In this document: positions 1 through 10,264 of the stretch, one piece after another
How the letters are laid out: each line of letters begins with the position of its first letter
How positions within the stretch are numbered: the stretch's first letter is position 1
Assembly (NCBI GenBank): GCA_963815095.1
Contig: CAWFFH010000001.1
Span: 32,001 to 96,000, forward strand
Direction: 5' to 3'
DNA from: Candidatus Bathyarchaeota archaeon
GTDB taxonomy: Archaea > Thermoproteota > Bathyarchaeia > Bathyarchaeales > Bathycorpusculaceae
DNA length: 64,000 nt
Position numbers and translations under genes: made by a program
Notes under the pieces: generated by a model
What the model saw: only the letters and a program-made list of their open reading frames with translations
Database searches by the model: none
What the model was told of the DNA's origin: nothing

Positions 1-63
1 CCAACTCTGAATATGTTTTAATACGCGTAGGAAGGACATTATCCGAGGCTACAATAGCCCGTA

Positions 64-1323
64 TTAGTATTTCTCAATCAAATAATGTTTGAGGTTTTCG
101 AAGATTTTTGCTTCTTCAATTATTTTAGTTTCAGCCTCTTCTCGCGATTGTTCCCACGTTTCTTTTAGGAAAACGGCTACTCGACCAATCCAAAGTATTC
201 GTAGTGCATCTATCAATTTTCCTCTGCCATATACTGGGTTTTTGTGGAATTCAGCGATGAAAGAGTAGACTGTTTTCGCCCAGATTTCCGAAGAAAAATC
301 TAAGTCTGACGTTTCTATTTGTTTTATTTGTTCGAATTTTTTTTGGATTTTTGGTTCTAGAAATGTTTTGTAGATTGCTTGGTACTGGTCGTAGTTGTTT
401 TTGAAGGCTTCTATGGTTTCAGGTAGGGAAACCTGAATGCCTTCAGGTGTTTCACAGAATTTATCTTCGCCAACCGTTTCTACCTTGGAAACACCAACTA
501 TTCCTTTCCATATAGGTTCATACTCTTCTATACCGGTAAACATGATGTTCATGACTTGGCGGAACATACCCGCCAGTTGACTGGACGGGTCCTTTGCATC
601 ATGGCTTTTAACTCCTAAAAGAGCTTCCTTAACTTTGTAGCCTTTAGCGAGGGCCGTCTGGGTTTCAAAAATGTCAATACCGAAGCGGCAAACGTCAGGT
701 TGCTCCCACATGTGAGAGTCTAAGAGATCTTCTACTAATTCTATAGAAAGTCCGAAGTCGCCGCCAATGGGTTGCCTGATATCTTTGCCAAAAAGACTGG
801 TTGTCACTGGATAACATAGGAAATTGGTTATTGTTCCATCGTATTTGCGTCGGTTGTAATACGGCGCAACAAAACCTGTTCCCGTTAATGTTGGAGAAAT
901 TAAAAGCTCCATCCACTCAGGAGTTATACTACGCAGGTCTGAATCCACCAACGCTACACTTTTTACTTTGAGATGACTTGCTGCTTCAAAAATAGCTCTG
1001 ACCGCTCTTCCTTTGCCTGATATCCCCATGTAAATGGCTGGAATCAGCTTCACTTCGGATGGTAAGTAAATCTTCTTCACTGAGTTCAATGTGTCGTCTT
1101 TTGAATTTCCGTCTGAAACAAAGATTACGGATCTCTTATCGGGGAAATAAGTGTCTAAACCTTTGGTTACTTGAGAGATAACATAGCTTGCTGTGAGAAC
1201 ATTATTGAAGGATGGGATTCCAACTAAGATGTCTGCTTTCTCTATGTCATGCAGATAAACGTGGGCATCCAACGATAGCGCAGAGTCATTTCTATTCATT
1301 TTTGTTCTTTGCCAATTACTCAT
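64..1323 (-). CDS. GT-A glycosyltransferase, glucosylglycerate/mannosylglycerate synthase-like
   Basis: 419 aa ORF with ILVGIPSFNN, VSDGNSKDDT, GKG, DSD (DxD), RQPIGGDF and FGIDIF motifs typical of Ggs/Mgs-like enzymes; lies just downstream of a glycerate kinase. Start may be at 1299. Confidence 0.7.
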   Translation of the reverse strand: MSNWQRTKMNRNDSALSLDAHVYLHDIEKADILVGIPSFNNVLTASYVISQVTKGLDTYFPDKRSVIFVSDGNSKDDTLNSVKKIYLPSEVKLIPAIYMGISGKGRAVRAIFEAASHLKVKSVALVDSDLRSITPEWMELLISPTLTGTGFVAPYYNRRKYDGTITNFLCYPVTTSLFGKDIRQPIGGDFGLSIELVEDLLDSHMWEQPDVCRFGIDIFETQTALAKGYKVKEALLGVKSHDAKDPSSQLAGMFRQVMNIMFTGIEEYEPIWKGIVGVSKVETVGEDKFCETPEGIQVSLPETIEAFKNNYDQYQAIYKTFLEPKIQKKFEQIKQIETSDLDFSSEIWAKTVYSFIAEFHKNPVYGRGKLIDALRILWIGRVAVFLKETWEQSREEAETKIIEEAKIFENLKHYLIEKY

Positions 1324-1400
1324 TCTTTCTAAAAAATCATTCGCTCAAAATCCATCTTTTGTTACTTGAGTGTTGTTTTAAGCAGCGACAGTCTTCTCAC

Positions 1401-2789
1401 TTAAATTTTACATTTCAACTTCAAAATCACACATATGTCGTTAACGTTGGTTCCAGTCGCTCCTGTACGAATAAGGTCACCAAGCTTTAAGAAGAAATTG
1501 TAGGAATCATTGTTCTCTAGATATTTTTTCGGATCCAAACCTAACTGCTTGGCTCGCTTCAGCGTGTAGTTGTCCGCGATAGCTCCTGCCGCATCTGTTG
1601 GTCCATCCACACCGTCGGTGCTAAAAGAAGCAATCACGCATTCATCCGATTCTTCAAGGTTTAAGGCAGCGGACAATACCAGTTCTTGGTTCCTTCCACC
1701 TTTCCCTTTTCCAATTACAGTTACCGTGGTTTCTCCGCCGGCAACAACGCCCAAAGGTTTAAGGCTAGACGGATTACAAGTAAAATCTCGATTGACAAAT
1801 TGGACCAATGCTTTTCCAGCTTCGATAGCTTCGCCTTCCAATATATCAGTTAAAAGCACTGTGTTTAATCCTTCAGAACGTAGGTACTCAATGGCGGCCG
1901 AGCTGGCAATTTTGTTGTTTCCGATTATTACGCTGTGAACATTTTCAAACACTATATCTCCCGGCTTAAATGTTTCCTGAATCAGCCCTTTTGCGCCTTC
2001 CGAAAGGATGTTGCGGACACTAACAGGAGCATTAACCCATAATCCATACTTTTCAAGAACTTTTTTTGCATCACTGAATGTTGAGGTGTCAGGAACCGTA
2101 GGTCCAGAGGCTACAGCATCTAGTGAATCACCCATGACATCGGAGAGAACAATGTTCAGAACCGTAGCAGGATAAGCTTTTTTTGCTAGCCATCCGCCTT
2201 TGAACGCAGAAAGATGTTTTCGAACAGAGTTTATCTCAGTTATTGCAGCTCCGCTTTTGAGGAGAATATTTGTTAATGCCTTTTGATCCGTAAGAGGTAT
2301 GCCCTCTCGAGGAAGGATCATGAGACTTGAGCCACCGCCTGAAATCAGGCAAATCACTAAATCCTCTTCTTGCGCCTGTTCAGCTACTGTCATAATGCGT
2401 AAAGTGCCCTTTACTCCTGCTTCATCTGGGACTGGGTGGCTGGCCTCGTTAAGTTCTATCCATTGTGTTCGTTGTCTTGTACCATAAGGAATGTTCACAA
2501 TTCCAGCGGTTATGTGATTACCAAGTATTTCTTCTATGGCTTGCGCCATTTTACCGCCTGCTTTGCCACCGCCAACAACATAAATATGCTTGAAATTCTT
2601 CAAGTCAAACGTGTAGCCTTCAACCTGAAGTTGATCGTTTTCCACTTTTATTTTAGACTTCATAAGATGCTTGGGTTCAACTGCGTTAACAGTTTGTTCA
2701 AAGCACTGAAGAGTTAGGGCCCGACACTTGCGGATACTTGGAGTCTCTCCGTTTTCAATTAGATCATCTTGATTTTTGATCTGAATCAT
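1401..2789 (-). CDS. Glycerate 2-kinase (MOFRL/TtuD/GckA family)
   Basis: GGGKA, ASHPVPD, LISGGGSSL, RKHLSAFKGG, GGETTV, GGRNQE, TDGVDG and TGTNVND motifs. Confidence 0.92.
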   Translation of the reverse strand: MIQIKNQDDLIENGETPSIRKCRALTLQCFEQTVNAVEPKHLMKSKIKVENDQLQVEGYTFDLKNFKHIYVVGGGKAGGKMAQAIEEILGNHITAGIVNIPYGTRQRTQWIELNEASHPVPDEAGVKGTLRIMTVAEQAQEEDLVICLISGGGSSLMILPREGIPLTDQKALTNILLKSGAAITEINSVRKHLSAFKGGWLAKKAYPATVLNIVLSDVMGDSLDAVASGPTVPDTSTFSDAKKVLEKYGLWVNAPVSVRNILSEGAKGLIQETFKPGDIVFENVHSVIIGNNKIASSAAIEYLRSEGLNTVLLTDILEGEAIEAGKALVQFVNRDFTCNPSSLKPLGVVAGGETTVTVIGKGKGGRNQELVLSAALNLEESDECVIASFSTDGVDGPTDAAGAIADNYTLKRAKQLGLDPKKYLENNDSYNFFLKLGDLIRTGATGTNVNDICVILKLKCKI

Positions 2790-2948
2790 AGTAATGACCG
2801 CGATAATGTTTCATTTAAGTTCGTGGATTAAGGCTAATAAACACTTTTATTTTGAACGTTTTTGAAAAAAATCGTCAATTTTGCCATACAAATATTCGTA
2901 TGACACGATGTTTTCCTTCATATTAGCACCATGCGGTTAAGGCTCAAT

Positions 2949-3326
2949 CTAAGAGGTATCTTCATAAATAAAATCTGAAGAAAAAGCAGAATCCTTCTGC
3001 TGTTCAAAATTTTCCTCTTTCGTATCTTCAACAGCGGTCCCTTCTAAACTTCGGTTTCTTTTCCATTGAGGCTGTTTGGTCCTCTCAGAATCCTTGAGCA
3101 ATCTAATAAATGGAGCAATCATGATAGCTATTATTCCAACTCCCAAGGCACCTACAAAAATGATTTCTCCCAAGGTAATTAGAAGAGGATCGACTTGCAA
3201 CGCAACTGAGAAAGCCGAAAACAAAATTTGAACTAAATCCAAATTGAAAGCTTCCAACTCTAATTTCATCAGCGAATGTTTATATGCTTTTGCAGTGAGC
3301 AATGGAAAAAAAGTATTGAACAACAC
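2949..3326 (-). CDS. Small membrane protein of unknown function
   Basis: Hydrophobic segment (ITLGEIIFVGALGVGIIAIMIAPF) followed by a charged tail; real start probably the internal MKLELE. Confidence 0.45.
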   Translation of the reverse strand: MLFNTFFPLLTAKAYKHSLMKLELEAFNLDLVQILFSAFSVALQVDPLLITLGEIIFVGALGVGIIAIMIAPFIRLLKDSERTKQPQWKRNRSLEGTAVEDTKEENFEQQKDSAFSSDFIYEDTS

Positions 3327-3667
3327 AACTACAAATCTATTCTATTATGTTCGAAAATCGGTATAGGTATTTTTATTTCATTTAATGCTACAATTAAAAA
3401 CTATCAGATTTTTGATGTTCGATAAAAAAAGAAAGCCGGCTAAATCCACTGCGCCATGACGCAATGCTTTCTTGCAAAGTTGTCAGATAGGGCAAAGTTT
3501 CAATTCCTTTAAGTCAAACTTTTAGAGTTAGGATTTTATAAAAATATATTTGATAATTTCAATGGAAAATTTTAGAAGAAAAAAATATTTCATTGCCGCT
3601 ACAGAATCTTCATCGCTGTTATTAGTTACCTAAAACCGTAGAAGCAATGTTGAAAAAAGCGTTGTTT

Positions 3668-4927
3668 TCAATTTATCTTAGCAGTTTCAAGTGGAAGTGT
3701 TTTCTTTCTAGATGTAGCTAATGAACCAATCGTGGCGATTATAGCTGTTGTGACAATTACTATTACCGCGAGATCGACGAACAAATTGGAATAAGGAAGC
3801 CCGTATTGGGCTGGCAAAGTAGCCAAAACTGCAGCAGCTAACCCCCTAGTTAACACAAAAGTCATTATTTGGCGTTCCTTTTGCAGGGAACTCTTCAAGG
3901 TCGTTATCCAAACTGCCCCGTACCGAGTGGCAAGAAGAATGATGGAAAGCATAAGCCCGAAAAGCACGATGCTTAAGCTCGATATTGAAACGATTATACC
4001 CAAAAAAACGAAAAAGAAAGTCCTAATTAAAAAAGCTACTTCAGCTTCAAAACGTTTGAGGCCTTTGCTCACGGATAAGAAAATTTTTTCGTTAGTTCCA
4101 TCAGTAGGAACAATTGAATTTTGGTTAATTACTTGCTTAAAAATCCTTAGAATTTCTCCTTCGTTTCCCAATATTAATCCAAAAAGCAGCGCACTTAGAG
4201 CCCCACTTCCACCTACACTTTCCGAAACAGCATAACCCAACAATACAATTCCTAAAGTTAGCATATAAGAAAAAGGTAGGGTTGCAACTTTTTTTAAGGC
4301 AAATAGCCAAGCAAATCCTAAGGCTACGCCAATTCCCGCTCCAATCAAGAATTTGCCTGCAATCCCTAACCCTATTGAACCAACATTTGTCTGCCCTGTA
4401 ACAATAACTCCAAGAATCGATAAGCTTATGACCACACAGAGAATGTCTGTGAGTGCAGATTCTAAAATCAGAGTAATTGATGCTTTTTCACTTATATTTA
4501 TTTTAGATGCAAGTGAGATAACAACCACTGAGCTACTACCGCCGTATATACTGCCAAACAGTAATCCGTAAACAAGGGGCACATTAAATACAACAACCAT
4601 GAAAAGTCCAACACCAAGGACACTAAATATGAAACCAGTAACTGCAAGCAAAACAGCTCTGGGACTGTTAAAAACGACTTTTCGAATATTCAAACCTATG
4701 CCGCCATCAAACAGGATGTATGCCAAAGCCAAAGCTGCAATATACGGTGCAAAACTCTTAACCGCTGTTGGATTGAATACCCCTAAAATTGGGCCAAAAA
4801 TGACACCTAGAAATATTAGTATAAGCATGTCAGGCAAACCGGTTTTTTTGAAAAGGTAGTTAGCTAAGAAACCAATTAGAATTATTAGAGCACTTATGAT
4901 TAGAGCTATTGAAACGGCGTCAAACAA
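3668..4927 (-). CDS. Cation:proton antiporter (CPA1/NhaP-like)
   Basis: About 12 TM helices; LFDGG, LESALTD, FFFVFLG and RGLAAAVLA motifs. Confidence 0.88.
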   Translation of the reverse strand: MFDAVSIALIISALIILIGFLANYLFKKTGLPDMLILIFLGVIFGPILGVFNPTAVKSFAPYIAALALAYILFDGGIGLNIRKVVFNSPRAVLLAVTGFIFSVLGVGLFMVVVFNVPLVYGLLFGSIYGGSSSVVVISLASKINISEKASITLILESALTDILCVVISLSILGVIVTGQTNVGSIGLGIAGKFLIGAGIGVALGFAWLFALKKVATLPFSYMLTLGIVLLGYAVSESVGGSGALSALLFGLILGNEGEILRIFKQVINQNSIVPTDGTNEKIFLSVSKGLKRFEAEVAFLIRTFFFVFLGIIVSISSLSIVLFGLMLSIILLATRYGAVWITTLKSSLQKERQIMTFVLTRGLAAAVLATLPAQYGLPYSNLFVDLAVIVIVTTAIIATIGSLATSRKKTLPLETAKIN

Positions 4928-5096
4928 GCGTATCAGCTCCTTATTTTAATCTTAATATTATTAAGATTTGCGAAACAATTGCGCCTTCTTTCGTGTTATC
5001 GATGTCTTTAAAGATAATTAACTTTTTATTTCTATAACATTAGAAGTAGGTTTTGTTGATTTTTTTATGCAAAAGTATTATTTACGATAATGTAAG

Positions 5097-5390
5097 ATGG
5101 ATTTCCTGATGTTTGTGATGATAAATATTGACGGTGTCTTGGGAAAAACTGTAATTGGTGCAGCAGGTAACTATATTGGCGAAGTGATTAACATTGATAT
5201 CGACGCTGAAACTTGGCAGATTACTCATCTGCAAATTAAATTATCTAATAAGGCAGCAAAAGAATTTTGTCTTAAAAAAACACTTAAAAGCTCTAACCTT
5301 AAGATTCCAACTTCGTTAGTTAACGACGTAGGTGTAATTATTACGTTGAACCTCTCGCTATTGGATTTAAAAAAAATACTTAATTCATAG
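5097..5390 (+). CDS. PRC-barrel domain protein
   Basis: LGKTVIGAAGNYIGEVINIDID..W.IT.L and IP...V..VG.II pattern. Confidence 0.8.
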   Translation: MDFLMFVMINIDGVLGKTVIGAAGNYIGEVINIDIDAETWQITHLQIKLSNKAAKEFCLKKTLKSSNLKIPTSLVNDVGVIITLNLSLLDLKKILNS

Positions 5391-5561
5391 TGCTTGCTTT
5401 CAATTCGTCCTGTAGGCTCCAGCAGTCATATTCTTGCACGACTATCATTACGTACAATTATCTTGGTTAAATATCAATGATTTCAAATTGGTTGCGAGAG
5501 ATTGATTAAGTACACCGCAATAAAAAATGCGTAGATATAACAACTGAGGGCTAGCTATTCG

Positions 5562-7136
5562 ATGGTTAGTATTGAACTCGTGGTATCAGCATTTCTGCTA
5601 GTGTCGTTTGTAGCTGCGCTCATTTCGACCCGTCTTAAAATTCCATATACGTTAATTTTGGTTTCCACCGGTGTCTCAATCACCGTAGTTGCAATTCTAT
5701 TGTCTCTAGAACCAAGTTTTCTTCAAGTGCCTATGCAGAATCTAATTGGTCAAATTCGCTCAATTTACTCTTTGTTAATTCAAGGGGGTGGCGGAGGTCT
5801 TTTCGTAGGTCTTGTAGTTCCCCCTCTGATTTTTGAGGCTATGATTCACATTCGAGGAAGTGATCTCAAAGAAGTAATCAAACCTTCATTAGCTCTAGCA
5901 ACTGTTGGAGTGTTGATAGCGACCGCAGTTGGAGGGGTGATTTTGTGGAAAGTCATAGGTCTTTCCCCTTATGTTTCTTTCTTATTCGCAGCACTTATTG
6001 CTCCCACAGATGTAGTCACTGTACTAGAAGTATTTCGGCGCGTGAAAGTTCCCTCCAAACTATCAACACTTCTGGATACAGAAGCTGCCTTTAACGATGC
6101 CACAGCAATCGTAATTTTCACAATCATACTCGCGTCAGTAGGACTACAACAAATCAGTGTAGTGAGTTCATTTCTGAATTTTGGTTACACGCTTGGGATC
6201 GGGGTTTTAATCGGTTTGGGCGTTGCTTTCGTTGGAGAAATCTTGTCAAGCTTACTTGAGGATAAAGTCGCTGAAACTATTCTGACAATTGTGGTCGTTT
6301 ATGGGTCTTACGCTTTTGCATCTGGAGTTGGCGCCTCAGGATTGATTGCAGTGACTGTTGCAGGATTATACTTTGGCAACTATACAATTCGAACTGCAAT
6401 GGAGCCCGCAACAAGAGAGGCAGTAACCATCTTCTGGCAAATAGCCGCCTTTTTGGGTAACTCAGTCGCATTTCTTCTAATAGGCTTCCAAGCAAACATC
6501 ATTACTGCTTTTCCCCAATCAATTTTCCTAATGGTCGCTGCTTTCATTGCTGTTACAGCAGCGAGGGCAGCTACGGTTTACCCAATTTTTGCCATTTTCA
6601 GAAAAGTAGGTGGGAAAATGTCAAAGGTCTGGGCTAATATCGCTATGCTTGGAGGCGTTAGAGGCGCTCTTTCCATAGCGCTTGCAGCAACAATTGCAAC
6701 TTCAGCCGTCATTTCTCAAACTGATTTGAGCACAATAAACACGATGGTTTTCGGTGTAGCATTCATTTCAATTATGATTCAAGTGCCTATTTTATTTAGA
6801 TACGTAAAGAGAAAATTGCCCCAGCCTGAAACTGAAGCCTTTAAGGAAACTGATTTTGACGAAGAATTCACAAAGATATCCTTAGATGTGCAAGACGCGC
6901 ACAAATTAAGATCGGAGAACAAGATTTCTGAAAGAGAATTGGATGAAAGATTACACAAAAGCAAAAGTGAACTAGAAAAATTACTGACGAAATCTCATGT
7001 GACACTTGAAACAAGAAAGATTATTCAAGCCCGAGCATCCATGCTATTTCCATCCTTACCAAAGCGATCTATGCGACGTAAACAAAAAATTAAAGATGCA
7101 ACCGAAGATAATTCATCTTCAAATGATTCTGAATAG
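5562..7136 (+). CDS. Na+/H+ antiporter (CPA1, NhaP/NhaG-like) with cytoplasmic C-terminal tail
   Basis: PPLIFEA, IAPTDVV, EAAFNDA and GGVRGALSIALA motifs. Confidence 0.9.
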   Translation: MVSIELVVSAFLLVSFVAALISTRLKIPYTLILVSTGVSITVVAILLSLEPSFLQVPMQNLIGQIRSIYSLLIQGGGGGLFVGLVVPPLIFEAMIHIRGSDLKEVIKPSLALATVGVLIATAVGGVILWKVIGLSPYVSFLFAALIAPTDVVTVLEVFRRVKVPSKLSTLLDTEAAFNDATAIVIFTIILASVGLQQISVVSSFLNFGYTLGIGVLIGLGVAFVGEILSSLLEDKVAETILTIVVVYGSYAFASGVGASGLIAVTVAGLYFGNYTIRTAMEPATREAVTIFWQIAAFLGNSVAFLLIGFQANIITAFPQSIFLMVAAFIAVTAARAATVYPIFAIFRKVGGKMSKVWANIAMLGGVRGALSIALAATIATSAVISQTDLSTINTMVFGVAFISIMIQVPILFRYVKRKLPQPETEAFKETDFDEEFTKISLDVQDAHKLRSENKISERELDERLHKSKSELEKLLTKSHVTLETRKIIQARASMLFPSLPKRSMRRKQKIKDATEDNSSSNDSE

Positions 7137-7366
7137 TTTATTTTTTTATTTTTTGAACTATTTTAGAGCTTGTGGGCTTTGATCCATCTCTTGATAAGAC
7201 TTATTGAGTTTGACGCTATAGGATAGTTGCTAAAATTATACTTTCTAGATACACCCGCATGAATCCTAATGGGGGTCATTGCAGAAACCTGTAGGGGTTC
7301 GTCGCATTACGATTTGAGTGGCTATTACTATGTTAAAAACTATCTAATTGAACGCATAAAATTAGC

Positions 7367-7648
7367 TTATTTTTTTGTTTTGGGTTTTGTCTGTGGAATT
7401 TTTGTGGGTTCATCCCAGTATTTGTCAAATTCTTCGGGTGACATTATGTTGAGGCTTTTGAGTTGTTGGCTAAACGTGTCCAGGGCGCAAGGGTTGTTGA
7501 GGTGTGCACGGTAAATCTCCATCAGCAAATCAATTGCCATCGAAGTCGAAATGGGCTTTTTCGCCATTAACGACAGCTCCTCAGAGACTTTAACTAAATC
7601 CTCATGAACCCGCAAGGGCAAATCAACAGTCTTAGTCATACCAAACAC
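7367..7648 (-). CDS. Hypothetical protein, possible ribbon-helix-helix DNA-binding protein
   Basis: 93 aa ORF; N-terminal short beta strand (KTVDL) followed by two predicted helices. Confidence 0.5.
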   Translation of the reverse strand: MFGMTKTVDLPLRVHEDLVKVSEELSLMAKKPISTSMAIDLLMEIYRAHLNNPCALDTFSQQLKSLNIMSPEEFDKYWDEPTKIPQTKPKTKK

Positions 7649-7891
7649 TTCTTGCTACAATCTCATAGTTATTTGCTGGCATCCTTTTTAATTTTCGCCA
7701 ACTCATTTGCTCTTTGTCTACGCGAACGTCACTCAGTAAGCCATTAGTGTGTCGAGGTTCTCTCTTGGAACATGTCATTTGCCAAGTTCATTTAGCCAAA
7801 ATGCTCAATTTATTTCCTCAAAATTTTTCTGGCTTCGTCGCTTTCTGAAGATATAAATATATTGTGAGCAATAAATAAAACCAGGTTACGG

Positions 7892-9139
7892 GTGACTTTT
7901 TTGAGAATAGGGTTTTTTGTTTACGAATATCCTCCTCAAGTTGTTGGGGGCTTAGGAACATACGCCGAATACATTACTCAACAATACGTTGACCTTGGGC
8001 ATGACGTTTCAGTTTTTACATTAAATAATAATGGATTAAAAACAAGGGAAATAATGAGGGGCGTTGAAGTTCACAGACCTCTAATTGCAGATGCAAGCAA
8101 CATCTGGCCGTTCTTTGTGGCTGACGACCTCAAAAAGTGGGGAACCAACATCAAATTCTTCAACGACATCTTCATCTACAACATTTTGAGTGCAACCAAA
8201 TTCATCAACGGACTAATAAAAAAAGAAGGCTACAAATTTGATTTAGTCTGCTGCCACGATTGGTTAAGCAGCATCGCAGGATTGGTTATTAAGAATGAAA
8301 CAAAAATCCCGGTTGTTTTTCACGTACACAGCACCGAGTGGGGTAGAAGCGATGGACCCGGATCCGAAGTCGTTACCCACTTTGAAAACGCCATGGCTCA
8401 AAACTCAGACAAAATAATAACTGTAAGCTACGCGATGAAACAAGACCTTGAAAAACATGGTTGGCAATCCAGCAAAATTAGTGTCGTTTGGAACGGTGTG
8501 GATCCAGAACGTTATAACCCAGTTAATGTTCAAAAACAAGAGGTCATGGCGATTAGGCAGAAGTATGGGATTCCAAACAATTGGAACATGTTGCTTTTTG
8601 TAGGAAGGCTTGCATGGGTAAAAGGTGTACGTAACTTGCTTCAAGCAATGCCTCTTGTCCTCAAAGAATACCCCAACACAAAACTAGTCATCTTAGGCAA
8701 AGGAGGAGAACAAAACGATATCGTGGAAACAGCTGAAAGGCTAAACATTAAAGACAATGTTGTTTACCGCTTCGATTTTGTTTCTGAAAAAGAAAGGATC
8801 ATTCATTACGCTGCTTCAGATGTCTGTGTTTTTCCCTCACTCTACGAGCCTTTTGGAATTGTCAGTTTAGAAGCGATGGCATTGGAGAAACCCGTTGTGG
8901 TAGGCGCCCGCGGCGTTGTTGGCTTTAAGGAACAAGTAGTAAATGGAGGCACGGATCAAACTGGCGTTCACATTAACGCTGAAGACCCAGCAGACATAGC
9001 TTGGGGCATCAAGGAAACGTTAAGGGACCCTGAAAAAGCCAAGAACTGGGGCGAAAATGGCCGAAGAAGAGTGCTTGAATATTTTACTTGGCAAAAAGTT
9101 GCTGACCAAACCATCAAAATCTACGACTCTCTACTATAA
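7892..9139 (+). CDS. GT4 glycosyltransferase, glycogen synthase-like
   Basis: EYPPQVVGGLG, HDW, HVHSTEWGR, FVGRL..VKG and YEPFGIVSLEAMA motifs. Confidence 0.85.
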   Translation: MTFLRIGFFVYEYPPQVVGGLGTYAEYITQQYVDLGHDVSVFTLNNNGLKTREIMRGVEVHRPLIADASNIWPFFVADDLKKWGTNIKFFNDIFIYNILSATKFINGLIKKEGYKFDLVCCHDWLSSIAGLVIKNETKIPVVFHVHSTEWGRSDGPGSEVVTHFENAMAQNSDKIITVSYAMKQDLEKHGWQSSKISVVWNGVDPERYNPVNVQKQEVMAIRQKYGIPNNWNMLLFVGRLAWVKGVRNLLQAMPLVLKEYPNTKLVILGKGGEQNDIVETAERLNIKDNVVYRFDFVSEKERIIHYAASDVCVFPSLYEPFGIVSLEAMALEKPVVVGARGVVGFKEQVVNGGTDQTGVHINAEDPADIAWGIKETLRDPEKAKNWGENGRRRVLEYFTWQKVADQTIKIYDSLL

Positions 9140-9173
9140 ACGCGGAAATGTAAATAACCTAAAAAGGGTTATT

Positions 9174-10139
9174 TTAAATCGCGAGCATTTCCGCTACCTT
9201 CAGCATCCGCATATCCAGCGGCTTCTTGTTCTTGGCTGACTTCTCCAGTTCAAAACTGGTGACTGCGCCTTTCTGTAAGCCGACTGCCAGGTTGCCTTTT
9301 CCATCACGAATCAATTCAACTGCTCGCTCCGCAAACAAACTGGCTAGCAGTCTGCTTCGGGCTGTGGGTGCGCCTCCGCGTTGAGCGTAACCGATGGTGG
9401 ATAATCTGACTTCGGCGTCGGTTTGCTGCTGAATTTCCACGGCTAATTTTCTCGTGTCGCCAAAGCCTTCGGCGGTTACGATTATTCCTGCTCTTTTGCC
9501 TTTTTTGGCGTTAGCATCCATGATGCGGCATACATCTTCTACTCGCAAGGGGTTTTCAGGAATCAAAATTACTTCGGCTCCAACACAAATGCCTACTTCA
9601 AGTGCTAGGAAACCTCTTTTTCTACCCATAACTTCGACAAGAAATATTCGTTCATGAGAAATCGCGGTATCCCTGATTTTGTCGATTATTTCTATAGCTG
9701 TGTTAACGGCTGTATCAAAACCGATAGTTTCGTCTGTGCCGTAAACGTCATTGTCGATGGTTGCTGGAATCCCAACCATTATCGCGTCAGATTTCTTACC
9801 TAGTTCCAAGGCGCCGCGGAACGAACCATCCCCCCCAATAACCACCAAGCCATCAACGTTGTTTGCCCGCAGGGTCTCCGCGCCAGTTTCAACTCCGCCA
9901 GGCTGCTCAAACGCTGGGCACCTCAAAGTATGAAGCATAGTGCCGCCCGACTGTATTATGCCTCCAACGCTACGAGGTGTCAATTTTTTGAAACAGTTAG
10001 TTAACAACCCATCCCAACCGCGTTCAAACCCAATTATTTGAAAACCCATCGAATGACCCACACGAGTTATCGCTCTGATGGCTGCGTTCATGCCAGGTGC
10101 GTCTCCTCCTGAAGTTACTATGCCAATGGTTTTAGTCAA
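9174..10139 (-). CDS. pfkA: 6-phosphofructokinase, PfkA family (ATP-type signature)
   Basis: TSGGDAPGMNA, GGDGS, PATIDND, TIGFDTA, EVMGR and GYAQRGG motifs. Confidence 0.93.
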   Translation of the reverse strand: MTKTIGIVTSGGDAPGMNAAIRAITRVGHSMGFQIIGFERGWDGLLTNCFKKLTPRSVGGIIQSGGTMLHTLRCPAFEQPGGVETGAETLRANNVDGLVVIGGDGSFRGALELGKKSDAIMVGIPATIDNDVYGTDETIGFDTAVNTAIEIIDKIRDTAISHERIFLVEVMGRKRGFLALEVGICVGAEVILIPENPLRVEDVCRIMDANAKKGKRAGIIVTAEGFGDTRKLAVEIQQQTDAEVRLSTIGYAQRGGAPTARSRLLASLFAERAVELIRDGKGNLAVGLQKGAVTSFELEKSAKNKKPLDMRMLKVAEMLAI

Positions 10140-10264
10140 TTTACTGTGCCTCTTTCATTTAGAATCACTAATGCTAAAAGATTAAAACGTTTAGTACGTC
10201 ATAGAACGTGTAGGGAATTCCAAAACACATAAATTCCAATCTTCTGTCTTTATGGACTCTGTAT

